Shown here piece after piece: positions 25,669 through 36,231 of a stretch of DNA of 64,000 nt; within the stretch, counting starts at the first letter, position 1; each line of letters begins with the position of its first letter. The DNA is taken from positions 81,754 to 145,753 of IMG/VR virus record IMGVR_UViG_3300031857_000028. One strand, given 5' to 3'. A program made the position numbers and the translations under genes. Source of the stretch: a virus. A model generated the notes under the pieces. That model did no database searches. It was given only the letters and a program-made list of their open reading frames with translations, and was not told the origin of the DNA.

Positions 25669-26792
25669 TATGAATCTCTTTTAAAACCCACCTCCAATGA
25701 ATTAAACTCTGCAGGTCTGAATTTGTTTCCTGTGTTAGGATTTATCTCCCATCCAGTGAATTGATCGGTATATGTTATAGATGCAGAAATAGCATTACTT
25801 CCGGTATAATCGGTACTATTAATACGTAATAAATGTTCGACTCCCATTAAATCCGGTCCATCCGCTCTAACAATTGATTTTTTTAACACTGCTTCAATTG
25901 ATGATGATATTGGTATTGTACTAAATACCGATGCGGTGTTTGCAGGTCGTAGTGTAAATGTTTCTCTGAGGGGGAAGATTCCGGAAGCTGATGCAATTAG
26001 GTAACTCGTGTCTCCATCGTTTGGACGTTCGTTAATTGCATTTGCATCAGTCGTTGCCCCGGAAGAAGTCATTTGAGTATAAAATCCAGATGCGGATGGA
26101 ACATAACTTGCCATAAAAAAATTACCATTTCCAATTGACGTATTAAATGACACTCCCGAGGTATTTAATATTAGTAAATCGTCTATAAGTATGATTCGAT
26201 CAGGATTAATTCTATTGTCTATTCTAAACACATTGACTGCTGGAAATACATTACTTGCATTCACGTTTAAACCACTTGCAGAAAATAATAACTGTCCATT
26301 ATTTTTTATTTGTACACTTCCACTACCAAGACTAGCGCTACTAATTACCGAACGTATTTCAAGAAAATTCCATGAATTGAATCGAACTGTTGCAGTTGAC
26401 GAGAATATTGTACCAATAGAATTATATATAGTAGTAGTACTGGGAGTAGGAGCTATACCAAATAATAACGTCCCCATATTACGGAATTCAATTAAGGCAG
26501 TCGAGACATTTGTCACCGGGTATACCGCCACATAACAAATAATTTCTCTATGACTGTTTTGAAAAGAGAAATCCGATGTGTAGGGACTAATATTATTTCC
26601 TATCATAAATATTGAACCGGACGGTCTACCCGTTATACCCGATTGATTTCTAGTTAAGGTAGAAGTATTACTACCACCCATACCATATTTTGTTCTAAAC
26701 ACAGTTGAATTTAATTCATATTCATCAAATGGTTCGTAGAGTAATAACGTCATAATACTATTCCAATAAAAATTATAAAATTGTAAAACCAA
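25668..26792 (-). CDS. Lectin-like virion protein (paralog of 26773..27768); the true start is probably the ATG at 26753 (MTLLLYEPFD)
   Basis: W.[FY].E......GSV....N.Q....SGL[ND]; IDDL.I.NT.G; D.D.[ST][YF]; E.NPNTG.....[NS]..[EQ].GF. Confidence 0.6.
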   Translation of the reverse strand: MVLQFYNFYWNSIMTLLLYEPFDEYELNSTVFRTKYGMGGSNTSTLTRNQSGITGRPSGSIFMIGNNISPYTSDFSFQNSHREIICYVAVYPVTNVSTALIEFRNMGTLLFGIAPTPSTTTIYNSIGTIFSSTATVRFNSWNFLEIRSVISSASLGSGSVQIKNNGQLLFSASGLNVNASNVFPAVNVFRIDNRINPDRIILIDDLLILNTSGVSFNTSIGNGNFFMASYVPSASGFYTQMTSSGATTDANAINERPNDGDTSYLIASASGIFPLRETFTLRPANTASVFSTIPISSSIEAVLKKSIVRADGPDLMGVEHLLRINSTDYTGSNAISASITYTDQFTGWEINPNTGNKFRPAEFNSLEVGFKRDS

Positions 26793-27768
26793 TTTGTGTA
26801 TTATTTACATCAGACAACGAAGACCATGGTGTCCCCGTATTTGGATTTGTTTCGAATATTCCTGCATGATATCGATAACTGTCCAATATTGATTCGCTTG
26901 GGGAGTATGCAAACGTACTGCCACTTTTAATTGCTATCTGCATAGCGCGTGAACCTGGTTCCGTCTTTCGTGCAAGTGCTTTAACTCCTAACCCATATAT
27001 TTGTGTAACTGACCCGGTATATTCCACCGTTTTGTATAGGTCCATACTATTTGGAAGCGATGCCGATACAAACGTGACATCGTTATCGGGGGAGTTTCCA
27101 TCATCTACCATTAATGCATTTGAGCTAGACAGCGGTGTGAAATTTATCGTATCACCTGATGCGGTTGGTGTCGTTGAAAATATTCGTATATCGCCTAAAA
27201 ATCCGTTGGTTGCAGGATTACTTCCTTGTGTGTTTGTTATGTACCAATCCGTTATATATGTAAAGTCGCTCTGTTGATCAACTCTCACTTCATCAGCATA
27301 TGCCAATACACCATTTCGCGTATCTAGTCCAGATGCACTAATTACCGTTTGTGCATTAAGTCTTACGTGCACACTTCCGGAAATATCATCTATAACTGCG
27401 CCAAATTCATAATAATACCAATTGTTAGACACATAATTTGGTATGGTGTATGTTGCTAATGTAGTACTGCCACCTCTACGCACCGTAATTAGTCCATTGC
27501 TTGATACGAGGTCAACGTGAGTTGTACCATTCTGTCTAATAAGTAGTAGAAAAGTTCCTCCAGTTTGGCGAACTGCCATGCCACAGTATATTGGATTTGA
27601 ACCCGTTACACCTGCAAGTAGGTACGAATTATACATATTTGCCCCAGACGTATTAGATGGCCATCTAGAATAGATGGCACCCACGCCTTGCACATTGTAA
27701 GTTAGTTTAAAATTTGATGCTATATTGGAAGTAGTCAAACCAAAAAAATTTTGTTCGTATATTATCAT
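26773..27768 (-). CDS. Lectin-like virion protein (paralog of 25668..26792)
   Basis: WYYYEFG...SGSVHVRLN, YITDWYITNT.G...FLGD, ETNPNTGTPW. Confidence 0.6.
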   Translation of the reverse strand: MIIYEQNFFGLTTSNIASNFKLTYNVQGVGAIYSRWPSNTSGANMYNSYLLAGVTGSNPIYCGMAVRQTGGTFLLLIRQNGTTHVDLVSSNGLITVRRGGSTTLATYTIPNYVSNNWYYYEFGAVIDDISGSVHVRLNAQTVISASGLDTRNGVLAYADEVRVDQQSDFTYITDWYITNTQGSNPATNGFLGDIRIFSTTPTASGDTINFTPLSSSNALMVDDGNSPDNDVTFVSASLPNSMDLYKTVEYTGSVTQIYGLGVKALARKTEPGSRAMQIAIKSGSTFAYSPSESILDSYRYHAGIFETNPNTGTPWSSLSDVNNTQIGFTIL

Positions 27769-30284
27769 AATCGTAGAAGTTCTAAAGTTAAATTCACACG
27801 TTGTATAGTACTACTTGCCGACACATAAAATTTTAATGTATCATTTTTATTTATAGAGGCAGTCCATCCTGCTAATGACGATGATGTATTTTTCACACTT
27901 GCAGATATAAATGGTTTTTCTGATGCTACAATACTATTGGATGCCGTTGGTGGATATGTTGCATATGTACTTTTCCAAATATCAACTGTAATACTTCCCG
28001 ACCTATCTGCAAGTAACGCCCATGATTGTATACTACCACTAAATGGAATTAATATTTCTGCTTTTTCTCCGGTGGTTATTGCGGAGCCACCACCATCTAT
28101 AATTATTCCAACCGTAGACGTTCTCATATTATTGGATAAATCTACTGTATAATTATTATTTGCCCCGCCATCGCTTGCAGAAAATCTACTTGATAACGAT
28201 AAAACTCTTTCATTGGTGAGATTACTACTTTGCGAAAGGACTAAATATTGCGATGACAAAGCAAATGCAGCACCATCAATATCGGCCAACGATGCAGAGC
28301 CGGTGATATAGGTACCACCTTCAGTAAATGCAAATGAGCCCGTTATATTAAGACTGCCGGTAATAACAGCACTTCCAGTAAACGGAAATCCAGCCCCACT
28401 TCCACCATTTAATGCATACGATGCAGTAAATGCATAACTTGATGAAGCAACCGAACTACTATCAAACGGTGTGGTTTTTGAACCAACGAAATAGGTTGGA
28501 GTGGATAACGTCGATATACCAATAGAATTATTGTTAATATCTAAATAATCTGCCTTGAACGTCAAAACTTTATTTCGATAATTTAAGTTTTGAAGTAGTG
28601 TATCCACTTCATCGGGACTAAAGAAGTCTTCAGTTGCAGTTTTTACGGAAATATTTGAAATACTCCACCAGCCCCCATACACTACGAATCGTATACCTAC
28701 TATACTTGCATCTTTAATGTTTGGTATAAAATTAAACTGGGTATTTTCAAAATTTTGTTTTTTGAACGTTGCATTTGGTGTTAATGTTCCAATTAACTGT
28801 CCACGAGCATCGGGTGTAAGTATTCTAGAACCACTCGTTTCTTGAGTGATTAAATACACTTCCATAGAATAATCAGACTGTGCTAACTCCGTTGAGCCCG
28901 AGTACTTATTGGCAATTGCATCAAACGTTAATGTATATTCACTGTTCGGAAATAATCTAAGACTATTTGTAGACCTGTTACCAATAAAGTATGACACATT
29001 ATTTACATACGAACTACCAACAATCTGCGGAGTTACATTTATTGCGTCCAGTAAGTCTACTTGCGAAGACGTAATTTTCGTAGTTATTAATGAAGATGAA
29101 TTATAGTATGTTGGTAAGGTTGGTTCTATTTGATTTTTTTGCAATGACATTGTGGCAGTATACCAATAGTCATCAACAAGTAAATTTCTATTAAATATAC
29201 CGGTTGGTAAAACTGTACTGGAACTATCTACTGCAAATAATTCTGCCACATCCGTGGTGATATCGCCTAATACAACATATTCACCAGGTTCTGCGGCAGG
29301 TTTATACGAAATTCTAATTTTATGAATTTCACCGGACAATGTACTTAGATTTACAATACGAATTTTTGCGTAAGATACATCATAAATCGTATTAGCTACC
29401 TCTAACCTATCGTACTCCAACGACAACGAGCCGCTTACCGTTACATTACCAAGTTTATCAAGATTCGTAGTGTAAAGTGTACTACTACTAAAAAATCCAT
29501 TCAGTATTAAGGTATTGTTATCGGTATATAATAGAGAACCATTACTTTCTGCAAGTTTACTATTGAAAATTTTCGTTATAGGTAACGATACATTTAAATT
29601 TTGAGAAACTCCGGGTGCTGAGTAGGACAGTGACCCAGTAATTCTACCGTTTAAAAATTCCGACGAAAATTTTGATGCAGTGGTAGGACCAGTTATTTCT
29701 AATAGATACCCGTTTGGAAACACATTTAGATATGTGGGGTCAAATTTAATATCCAACGGTTCTTGTAATCGTTGTATAAACGCAGAATAACTGGGTTCTA
29801 GGTAGAATTTTTCCTCTACGACTAGTTGCGGTGGTTTTGCAAATCGAATAGGAGTTTTGTTTTCAATTCGTGGTGAAATGATTACATCGGTAGTCCATCT
29901 CACATTAAATTTGTCACGCCACTCTGGTGGTATCGGTGTTCCGTTTTTGTAAAACTCTGCACATCCCAGTATTACGACCTTACCCGGTCCAATAGGCGTA
30001 TCACTATATACTTCAATTTGTACCAATCTAGAGTTACCTTCAATAAAATTCGACACCGGTGCACTATACACCGATGTCCCATCTTTATTCAAGATTTCTA
30101 CTAATATTTTTGAGTTAGGTTTTAATATTCCAGCACCGGCAATAAGAAACGCGTTTCGACCACCGTAAAAATAACCGTCAAATTGGCTAATTTTAAAGTA
30201 GTCGGAACGTGTACCTTGGTCTTCAATTAATACATCGTATTTATGAAGATTTAAAGCTAATGTGGACTTTCTGGTTCTTGGCAT
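27765..30284 (-). CDS. Large virion structural/fibre protein
   Basis: S/T/G-rich beta domains; ASSSYAFTASYALNGG repeat; C-terminal IDGGGSAITTG...GSI.VDIWK fibre module. Confidence 0.6.
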   Translation of the reverse strand: MPRTRKSTLALNLHKYDVLIEDQGTRSDYFKISQFDGYFYGGRNAFLIAGAGILKPNSKILVEILNKDGTSVYSAPVSNFIEGNSRLVQIEVYSDTPIGPGKVVILGCAEFYKNGTPIPPEWRDKFNVRWTTDVIISPRIENKTPIRFAKPPQLVVEEKFYLEPSYSAFIQRLQEPLDIKFDPTYLNVFPNGYLLEITGPTTASKFSSEFLNGRITGSLSYSAPGVSQNLNVSLPITKIFNSKLAESNGSLLYTDNNTLILNGFFSSSTLYTTNLDKLGNVTVSGSLSLEYDRLEVANTIYDVSYAKIRIVNLSTLSGEIHKIRISYKPAAEPGEYVVLGDITTDVAELFAVDSSSTVLPTGIFNRNLLVDDYWYTATMSLQKNQIEPTLPTYYNSSSLITTKITSSQVDLLDAINVTPQIVGSSYVNNVSYFIGNRSTNSLRLFPNSEYTLTFDAIANKYSGSTELAQSDYSMEVYLITQETSGSRILTPDARGQLIGTLTPNATFKKQNFENTQFNFIPNIKDASIVGIRFVVYGGWWSISNISVKTATEDFFSPDEVDTLLQNLNYRNKVLTFKADYLDINNNSIGISTLSTPTYFVGSKTTPFDSSSVASSSYAFTASYALNGGSGAGFPFTGSAVITGSLNITGSFAFTEGGTYITGSASLADIDGAAFALSSQYLVLSQSSNLTNERVLSLSSRFSASDGGANNNYTVDLSNNMRTSTVGIIIDGGGSAITTGEKAEILIPFSGSIQSWALLADRSGSITVDIWKSTYATYPPTASNSIVASEKPFISASVKNTSSSLAGWTASINKNDTLKFYVSASSTIQRVNLTLELLRL

Positions 30285-30296
30285 TCAGTATCCCAT

Positions 30297-33200
30297 TTAT
30301 ATAGATACACTGGAATATCCATCCTCTTTTTTAATTTCTATGAGGTTGTCTACCATGTCTCTTGCTGTATCTAAGTGACTTACTATAAGTATAGTGTCGA
30401 AATGAGATTTAAGTAAATTAAACAATATTTGCATAGAATGAAGATGGTCGGCATCAAGTACCCCAAATCCTTCGTCAATAATAAACATGTTGGACTTCGG
30501 AAGATTGCTTGCGTTCAGTAGAGCAACTCGGATTGCTAAACTAGTGATAAATCGTTCCATACCTGAACTGTTTTCAAGTGGCCATATCCGATCGTTATCA
30601 TATGATAATTTTCCGTTAATGTTCTTTCCATCCACCTCAAGTGACACCGAAAAGTCAACAATCTGAGATAGGATATTATTGATTTCTGCTTCAATATTTG
30701 GTATTGCTTTACTCATCAAATCATATGGCACCCCGTCACGACCAACTGCCAGCATATAATGATTATATGCTTCATACGTAATTTCCAGTTCTTCAGCCTC
30801 TTTCAATTTATTTTTTAACTCAGTCTTCTTAGCATTAAGTACAGATAGGTCACCGTGTAATAAACGAAGTTCTCTGTCTATATTGGCAATATTTTGTTTG
30901 GTATCTGCAATATTACGATGTATTACTTGTAGTTCTTTCTCGACCGTCTGATTGTGTAGAATATTTTCTTCATTCGTCTTGTATACCGAAATTTCATCAT
31001 GAATCTTACCCAACGAAATTTCCACCTTTTCCAAGGTATTTTTTGCGGTAACTAATACGTTTTTAGATTTTTCCACTTCTTGACCAAGTTCCACTAATTC
31101 CTTTTTGAGAACAAGTGCTTCTTCGTAAGAATCTTTATTCCACGCATGTTCCGAACATTCCGTAGCAATAGTTCGAATTGCATCTTCCTCAATAATTCGT
31201 TCAGCATACAAGTTATCTAACTCTTCGTTGGTCAACTTAACGTCTTCAATAACAGAACGATTATTTTCTACACAGACATCACAGTTTGGATTATACTTAT
31301 ATGCTTCCAATTTTGTCTTAAACAATGTCTTTTCTTGAATCTTAGTATTCAATACACGAATACTATTATTTTTCTTCTTAGACAACTCATTTAACTCATT
31401 CCACTTGTCAAATGATACTTGTAAGGCAACCATATCATAATCATTGAAATGTGTGGTGGCTTCCTTCAAATCGGTTTCACTGGAAATTAATGCGTATTCC
31501 GCAATAGCAACATCTTCCTGAGCAGTCTTTAATTTCTTTTCAGTAGTTACTAATCTATTTTGTAAGTCAGTCCAATTACCCGAAGTCTCTGGAACCGGTC
31601 GCTTGGTTGCATATTTCTCCTTATACTGGGTTTCTATATCTGATAATGTCTGTACAAACGTTTCCTTCCCCGATTCAAATTCATCAATTCTATCGGTGAC
31701 TTTTACAAGATTTTGATGCACGTCCGCCAGTTGGTCTGTTACATCAGACTTCTTAAACCGTTTGAGAATGCCCGTGATTTCTTTTGCTTCATCATGTGCA
31801 GCATCAAATAATTTATCAAAGATATTCAATCCCATAAACTGAATGAGTAGGTCTTTCCGTTCAGAATGTGACTTGTCAATAAAGAGCGCATTACTATTCT
31901 GACTACTCAACGCAGTCATGACAAAATCTTCATAGGTTCCGACATATGAACGAATATTAGCATTCGTATCACGACGGTCTTCTCCGTTTAAATTCTGCTG
32001 ACTTCCATCGGGTAATATCTTCCAGAACGAGGCATCTACCTTTACATCGCCATTTTTCTTACGAGTTCCGACGCGTTTAATACCAAACGTTTCATGATTA
32101 ATTTCAAAGGCAAGTTCACAGGTAAATGAATCTTTACGATTGTTTAGAATATGGTCACCCTTAAATGCTCTCGGGGTCTTGTCGTATAAACAAAACATGA
32201 GTGCATCCATAATAGAACTCTTTCCAGAGGCATTTGCAGCAAAAATTCCATACAATCCTTTCATGTCAGAGAAATTAATTTCATTATCTTCCCCGTATGA
32301 AAACATGTTAGAAAACTTAAAGAGTAGTGGGCGCCAATGAATATTTCGGGATTGGTCATCATGAACAATTTTGGAATTCAAATCTTTATTAATTTGTTCT
32401 ATTGCTTTCAATACAGTATCATCCAACGTACTATATTTCTGTGCCAACCAATCATTGATTAACGTATTCTGTAACGAAACGTTTGTTAAATCTAATATAT
32501 CATGTGACTGAATTGTACTTGTGTTCACGTTTGACGGCTTTCTATTCTTATTGACCGACATTTCGATGATGTTGTACTTATTACGAAGTGTTGTAATGAG
32601 TTTCTTAACTTCCGTAGTATCCATATCTCCCGTGAACAATCTCACTCTAGCATTCTTAGGCATGTTCGATGGGTATGTAATACGTGAGTTATATACTTCA
32701 AGTGTTACATATCCATAATCGTTTTCTAATGGGACAAACTCAAATGACCGTGCCGCAACATTCCACAAACACCACCCGTGTGGGTCCAGTGTTTCGCCGT
32801 GGTTCTGTTGAATAAGTGAACCAGGATACACGATAATTGGATTACGTTCTTTAAGAACCTGCGACGGCTTGTGAATATCTCCAAGTAATACCATATCAAA
32901 TCCATCAAATGTAGAAATATTTACATGACGGTTTGTAATCGTAAAGTTTGCATCAGTCACAGCACCATGAACTGGTCCGTGATATAATGCAATTTTATGT
33001 GGAGTGTTTAGTTCTGTTGCAACTGGCCACGTATCATGCTCGTCAAAAATAGACATGACAGCAAACTGTGTATCGGCCACTGTTACAATTGCAGAATCCT
33101 TAACATAATATAACTGTGGGTGCTGGAGATTATTCACTAGTGGAGTCAATGCATCCATACGATTAGTATTTGCTAAATTACAGTCATGATTACCGGCAAT

Positions 33201-33461
33201 CAAAATCGTTGGAGCAATATCTGCAATATTTTTCAAGAAACGAGAGGTAATTTCAACCATTTCTGGACTCATGTCCGTCTTTGCATGAACGATGTCGCCG
33301 GCTAATACGATGACGAAATCTTCTAGTTGCTTCGAACGAATGTCACTATACAGTCGTTCGAATGCAAGTTCGTATTCCTCGTGACGACGAAACAATCGAA
33401 TATGAATATCTGCTAGATGTACAATATGTCGTAATTTTGTAAATGGAACATTTATTTTCAT
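30297..33461 (-). CDS. Fused Mre11/SbcD nuclease and Rad50/SbcC ATPase (gp47-gp46 fusion)
   Basis: ADIH, AGDIVH, GNHD, GDIHK phosphoesterase motifs; Walker A ANASGKSS; coiled coil with CDVC zinc hook; SSGME signature; IIDEGFG; VSH. Confidence 0.92.
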   Translation of the reverse strand: MKINVPFTKLRHIVHLADIHIRLFRRHEEYELAFERLYSDIRSKQLEDFVIVLAGDIVHAKTDMSPEMVEITSRFLKNIADIAPTILIAGNHDCNLANTNRMDALTPLVNNLQHPQLYYVKDSAIVTVADTQFAVMSIFDEHDTWPVATELNTPHKIALYHGPVHGAVTDANFTITNRHVNISTFDGFDMVLLGDIHKPSQVLKERNPIIVYPGSLIQQNHGETLDPHGWCLWNVAARSFEFVPLENDYGYVTLEVYNSRITYPSNMPKNARVRLFTGDMDTTEVKKLITTLRNKYNIIEMSVNKNRKPSNVNTSTIQSHDILDLTNVSLQNTLINDWLAQKYSTLDDTVLKAIEQINKDLNSKIVHDDQSRNIHWRPLLFKFSNMFSYGEDNEINFSDMKGLYGIFAANASGKSSIMDALMFCLYDKTPRAFKGDHILNNRKDSFTCELAFEINHETFGIKRVGTRKKNGDVKVDASFWKILPDGSQQNLNGEDRRDTNANIRSYVGTYEDFVMTALSSQNSNALFIDKSHSERKDLLIQFMGLNIFDKLFDAAHDEAKEITGILKRFKKSDVTDQLADVHQNLVKVTDRIDEFESGKETFVQTLSDIETQYKEKYATKRPVPETSGNWTDLQNRLVTTEKKLKTAQEDVAIAEYALISSETDLKEATTHFNDYDMVALQVSFDKWNELNELSKKKNNSIRVLNTKIQEKTLFKTKLEAYKYNPNCDVCVENNRSVIEDVKLTNEELDNLYAERIIEEDAIRTIATECSEHAWNKDSYEEALVLKKELVELGQEVEKSKNVLVTAKNTLEKVEISLGKIHDEISVYKTNEENILHNQTVEKELQVIHRNIADTKQNIANIDRELRLLHGDLSVLNAKKTELKNKLKEAEELEITYEAYNHYMLAVGRDGVPYDLMSKAIPNIEAEINNILSQIVDFSVSLEVDGKNINGKLSYDNDRIWPLENSSGMERFITSLAIRVALLNASNLPKSNMFIIDEGFGVLDADHLHSMQILFNLLKSHFDTILIVSHLDTARDMVDNLIEIKKEDGYSSVSI

Positions 33462-34360
33462 TTAAATAACCCGTGCGTAATAAATTCTTTAAAATTTGTT
33501 TGCTTGGCATAAGAAATTTCTTCCCACGCTTGTTCAAATCCCATATCACTTGCATCTTTACCTTGTGTAAAAACTACACGAACATTTATATTATGTGTCA
33601 ATAATCGTCGTTCTAACTTTAACGCATCGGTTCGTGCATCTTCGTCAAGAAAAATAATAACATCTTTAACATGATGTTCAATCAAGGCCTTTTCTAATAC
33701 CTTTGGTATATTTTTGCCAAGTAATGGAATCACATTTCTACGCAATGTGATTGCGTCAAACATCCCTTCGCATAAAATTATTGGTTCATTCCAATCCACC
33801 ATATTTTCAAAACATATAATGTTTTTACTCACAGGTGGATTTTTATATTTCATTCCTTCGTCGTAGAAGAGTCGGGCGGTGAAGTAATTGAGCTGATGGT
33901 TCCTATCATATGAAGGAAGTATAATTCGATTAGCATACGGGCCTTCTGTGCAAAATCCGATACGGTATCGTAGAATGTCATTTGCGGTAATTCCTCGTTG
34001 TTTTAAGTAACTAATTGCGTGGTAATATGAATAATTTTTTTCTACTTTCCACAGTGGTTTGTATTCATATGGCAGCTGTAATGTTGTTTCTACTGTGGTA
34101 GTTTTGTACTTCTGAATCTCTACTTCACCTAGTTCTTCTTTAAATTTTTGTAGTAACGCTTTGGCAACATTTAGTTTTTTTAATAACCAAATAATATGTC
34201 CACCTTTACTACCGCACACCCAGCATTTCCATTTGTTGGTTAAAATATTAATTGATAATTTCTTTTTTGGATGTGAACAAAAAGGACAAGTAAATAAATA
34301 CTCGTCCTTTTGTTGAATATAACTACCTAATAGTTCTTGGAGAAGTGTAAGTATCATCAT
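33458..34360 (-). CDS. DNA primase (DnaG-type zinc finger plus TOPRIM)
   Basis: CPFCSH...WKCWVC; YL..RGI; KYKNP; CEGMFDAI; FLDEDA. Confidence 0.92.
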   Translation of the reverse strand: MMILTLLQELLGSYIQQKDEYLFTCPFCSHPKKKLSINILTNKWKCWVCGSKGGHIIWLLKKLNVAKALLQKFKEELGEVEIQKYKTTTVETTLQLPYEYKPLWKVEKNYSYYHAISYLKQRGITANDILRYRIGFCTEGPYANRIILPSYDRNHQLNYFTARLFYDEGMKYKNPPVSKNIICFENMVDWNEPIILCEGMFDAITLRRNVIPLLGKNIPKVLEKALIEHHVKDVIIFLDEDARTDALKLERRLLTHNINVRVVFTQGKDASDMGFEQAWEEISYAKQTNFKEFITHGLFK

Positions 34361-34366
34361 ACTTAC

Positions 34367-34396
34367 AAGTTAACAACAACATTAATTTTTGTCAAG
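34367..34396 (-). promoter_or_regulatory. Sigma70-type promoter CTTGACA-N17-TAACTT
   Basis: -35 at 34390-34395, -10 at 34367-34372; predicted +1 falls about on the primase ATG. Confidence 0.6.
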
Positions 34397-34741
34397 TTGT
34401 TGGAGACGGTTTATCAACTCAAAAAAATGTTCTGCATCCATTGCCACATACATCTTGGTACGGTTTCTTTTAAAGAATAGTACGGGTGCTGTCCCTTCTT
34501 TAGTATTTTTTTCTGCCTGTTCCAACGATGCCCAAATATTCAATTTTTCTTGATTTTTACATTCGGGGGAATACGGGAACACTTTCCGTGCTGCAGGGCT
34601 TAGTTTGATATCCGTCCCCGAGTCTCCCATCAGCGTAGAAACTACGTCATCTGGTTCTAATTGCGGAAAGTGTTCCAGTATTAAATCACGGAGAGCGTTT
34701 TGTAAACGCTTTCCTTTATTTTTTGCGGAGCGAGTTTTCAT
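34382..34741 (-). CDS. Holliday-junction resolvase-like PD-(D/E)xK nuclease
   Basis: SAKNKGKRLQ, MGDSGTDI, ECKNQE, PVLFFKRNR. Confidence 0.75.
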   Translation of the reverse strand: MKTRSAKNKGKRLQNALRDLILEHFPQLEPDDVVSTLMGDSGTDIKLSPAARKVFPYSPECKNQEKLNIWASLEQAEKNTKEGTAPVLFFKRNRTKMYVAMDAEHFFELINRLQQLDKN

Positions 34742-34761
34742 ATAACCTCTTTATAAATTAA

Positions 34762-35265
34762 TTAACCCTGTGAACCACGTACACTCGTACTCGTTGCACT
34801 GGACACAACTCTAGTGTTTGCCCATACGTTCAATCCTGGGTCGGACTTTCCACCTGCAAATTGTTTTCCTTTTAATGGCGCATATTTGTGTAATTTAGAA
34901 CCGTCAGGTGTCCATCTACCTGCAGTATCTTTAAATTCGGTAAAGCGTGTATTTCCAAAATACCCGGCTGACAGTTTTGCTGGACCCTTGCCTTCAAATG
35001 CAATCTTTAATGCATCGGCTTTCCATCTACTAAGTGGATATGTGCTATTATTAGTAGCTGCAGGAGTTACATTTTTTCCTTCTTTGTTTTCAACAAATTC
35101 ACCTTGCCATACGTCATTCGTTCCTTCGTATAATGGATTCCACGGACCACGACCCGTTCCATCAAAAAAGTTTACACCCTTTCTTCCATCAGATGTTCCC
35201 AAGGCTTTTGCTTCACTAATTGTAGCCGAGGTAGACTTGTCATATAATTCTTTTAAAGTTGCCAT
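34762..35265 (-). CDS. Hypothetical protein
   Basis: Start MATLKEL at 35265 with GGAG SD; TATTTATT at 35301-35308. Confidence 0.55.
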   Translation of the reverse strand: MATLKELYDKSTSATISEAKALGTSDGRKGVNFFDGTGRGPWNPLYEGTNDVWQGEFVENKEGKNVTPAATNNSTYPLSRWKADALKIAFEGKGPAKLSAGYFGNTRFTEFKDTAGRWTPDGSKLHKYAPLKGKQFAGGKSDPGLNVWANTRVVSSATSTSVRGSQG

Positions 35266-35282
35266 ACTATTCTCCAAAAATA

Positions 35283-36215
35283 TTAGGTATCAAACCTAAT
35301 AATAAATATCTGGTTAATGTCAAAAGTGCGTTGTATTGGATTGGCTAATTTTGCAACTGCCACCAATTCATATTTATCATTGTACAATCCAATTGTTGTT
35401 ACATACGGTTTTATTATTTTTGAAGCCATTAGATTGTATAAACTGTATCCATTACTACCACTAGTTGGATTAATATTATTTTGCGTTAATGATGCAGTTA
35501 ATTCTCCATTTATTTCATATACATTTTTCATAGATGGATTGAATACCGATATATTATAGTCAGTCGGTTTTAATGTCACGACGGTTTCATGTCGATGATA
35601 TTTAACATCACTCTCATAGTCTAGGTATAGAATAGAACTGCTTATTAATTTTAATCCATTCAAACCAATTTCAGTAGTTATAGAACCCGTATCATGTTTG
35701 ACTACTGCAATACCGTTTGAATAAAAGATATTACCCACATACGAACCTGTTCCAGATTGGCTTACGTACAAATTACCAAACGAATCATCCGACACGGCCT
35801 TTCCTATTTCATCTATAGTTAAAGAAAAGCTTCCAGGCTTAATTCTATCACCATAAAATGATTGTCCCACACTAATAACGAATACATCATCTGGAAGTCC
35901 ACTAATACTTGATGACGTAATCGTTCCATGTGTATAAAAATATCCTCGGTCATAAAAAAGATGTTTTATAGATTTATGTAAAGAATATTCTAAAAACCCA
36001 GTGTCAGGATTTTGAGTTCCCTGCACTACCTTATCTGATGCATCAAATTCTGCATTTAAGTTTGCGCGATTTACAATAACTGCTCCTTGTAAAAACTCAG
36101 GAGAAGTTATTTCCATACCATATGAGGAGGATACCAACTGCCATGACATAGGAGTTGAACTATATACTTCTTGAACAAAATAATCTTTTTTATTTATTGT
36201 ACCAAACATTTTCAT
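35283..36215 (-). CDS. Baseplate/fibre-attachment protein (paralog of 36302..37474)
   Basis: IKPGSF...DD..GNL....GNIFY..G; C-terminal PYVTTIGLYND..ELVAVAKL..P....RFD. Confidence 0.65.
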   Translation of the reverse strand: MKMFGTINKKDYFVQEVYSSTPMSWQLVSSSYGMEITSPEFLQGAVIVNRANLNAEFDASDKVVQGTQNPDTGFLEYSLHKSIKHLFYDRGYFYTHGTITSSSISGLPDDVFVISVGQSFYGDRIKPGSFSLTIDEIGKAVSDDSFGNLYVSQSGTGSYVGNIFYSNGIAVVKHDTGSITTEIGLNGLKLISSSILYLDYESDVKYHRHETVVTLKPTDYNISVFNPSMKNVYEINGELTASLTQNNINPTSGSNGYSLYNLMASKIIKPYVTTIGLYNDKYELVAVAKLANPIQRTFDINQIFIIRFDT

Positions 36216-36231
36216 AATTTATTTCTCAACG

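Noticed and set aside
20583-30284. Diversity-generating retroelement acting on the fibre genes
   Set aside because: No reverse transcriptase and no template/variable repeat pair seen in the window
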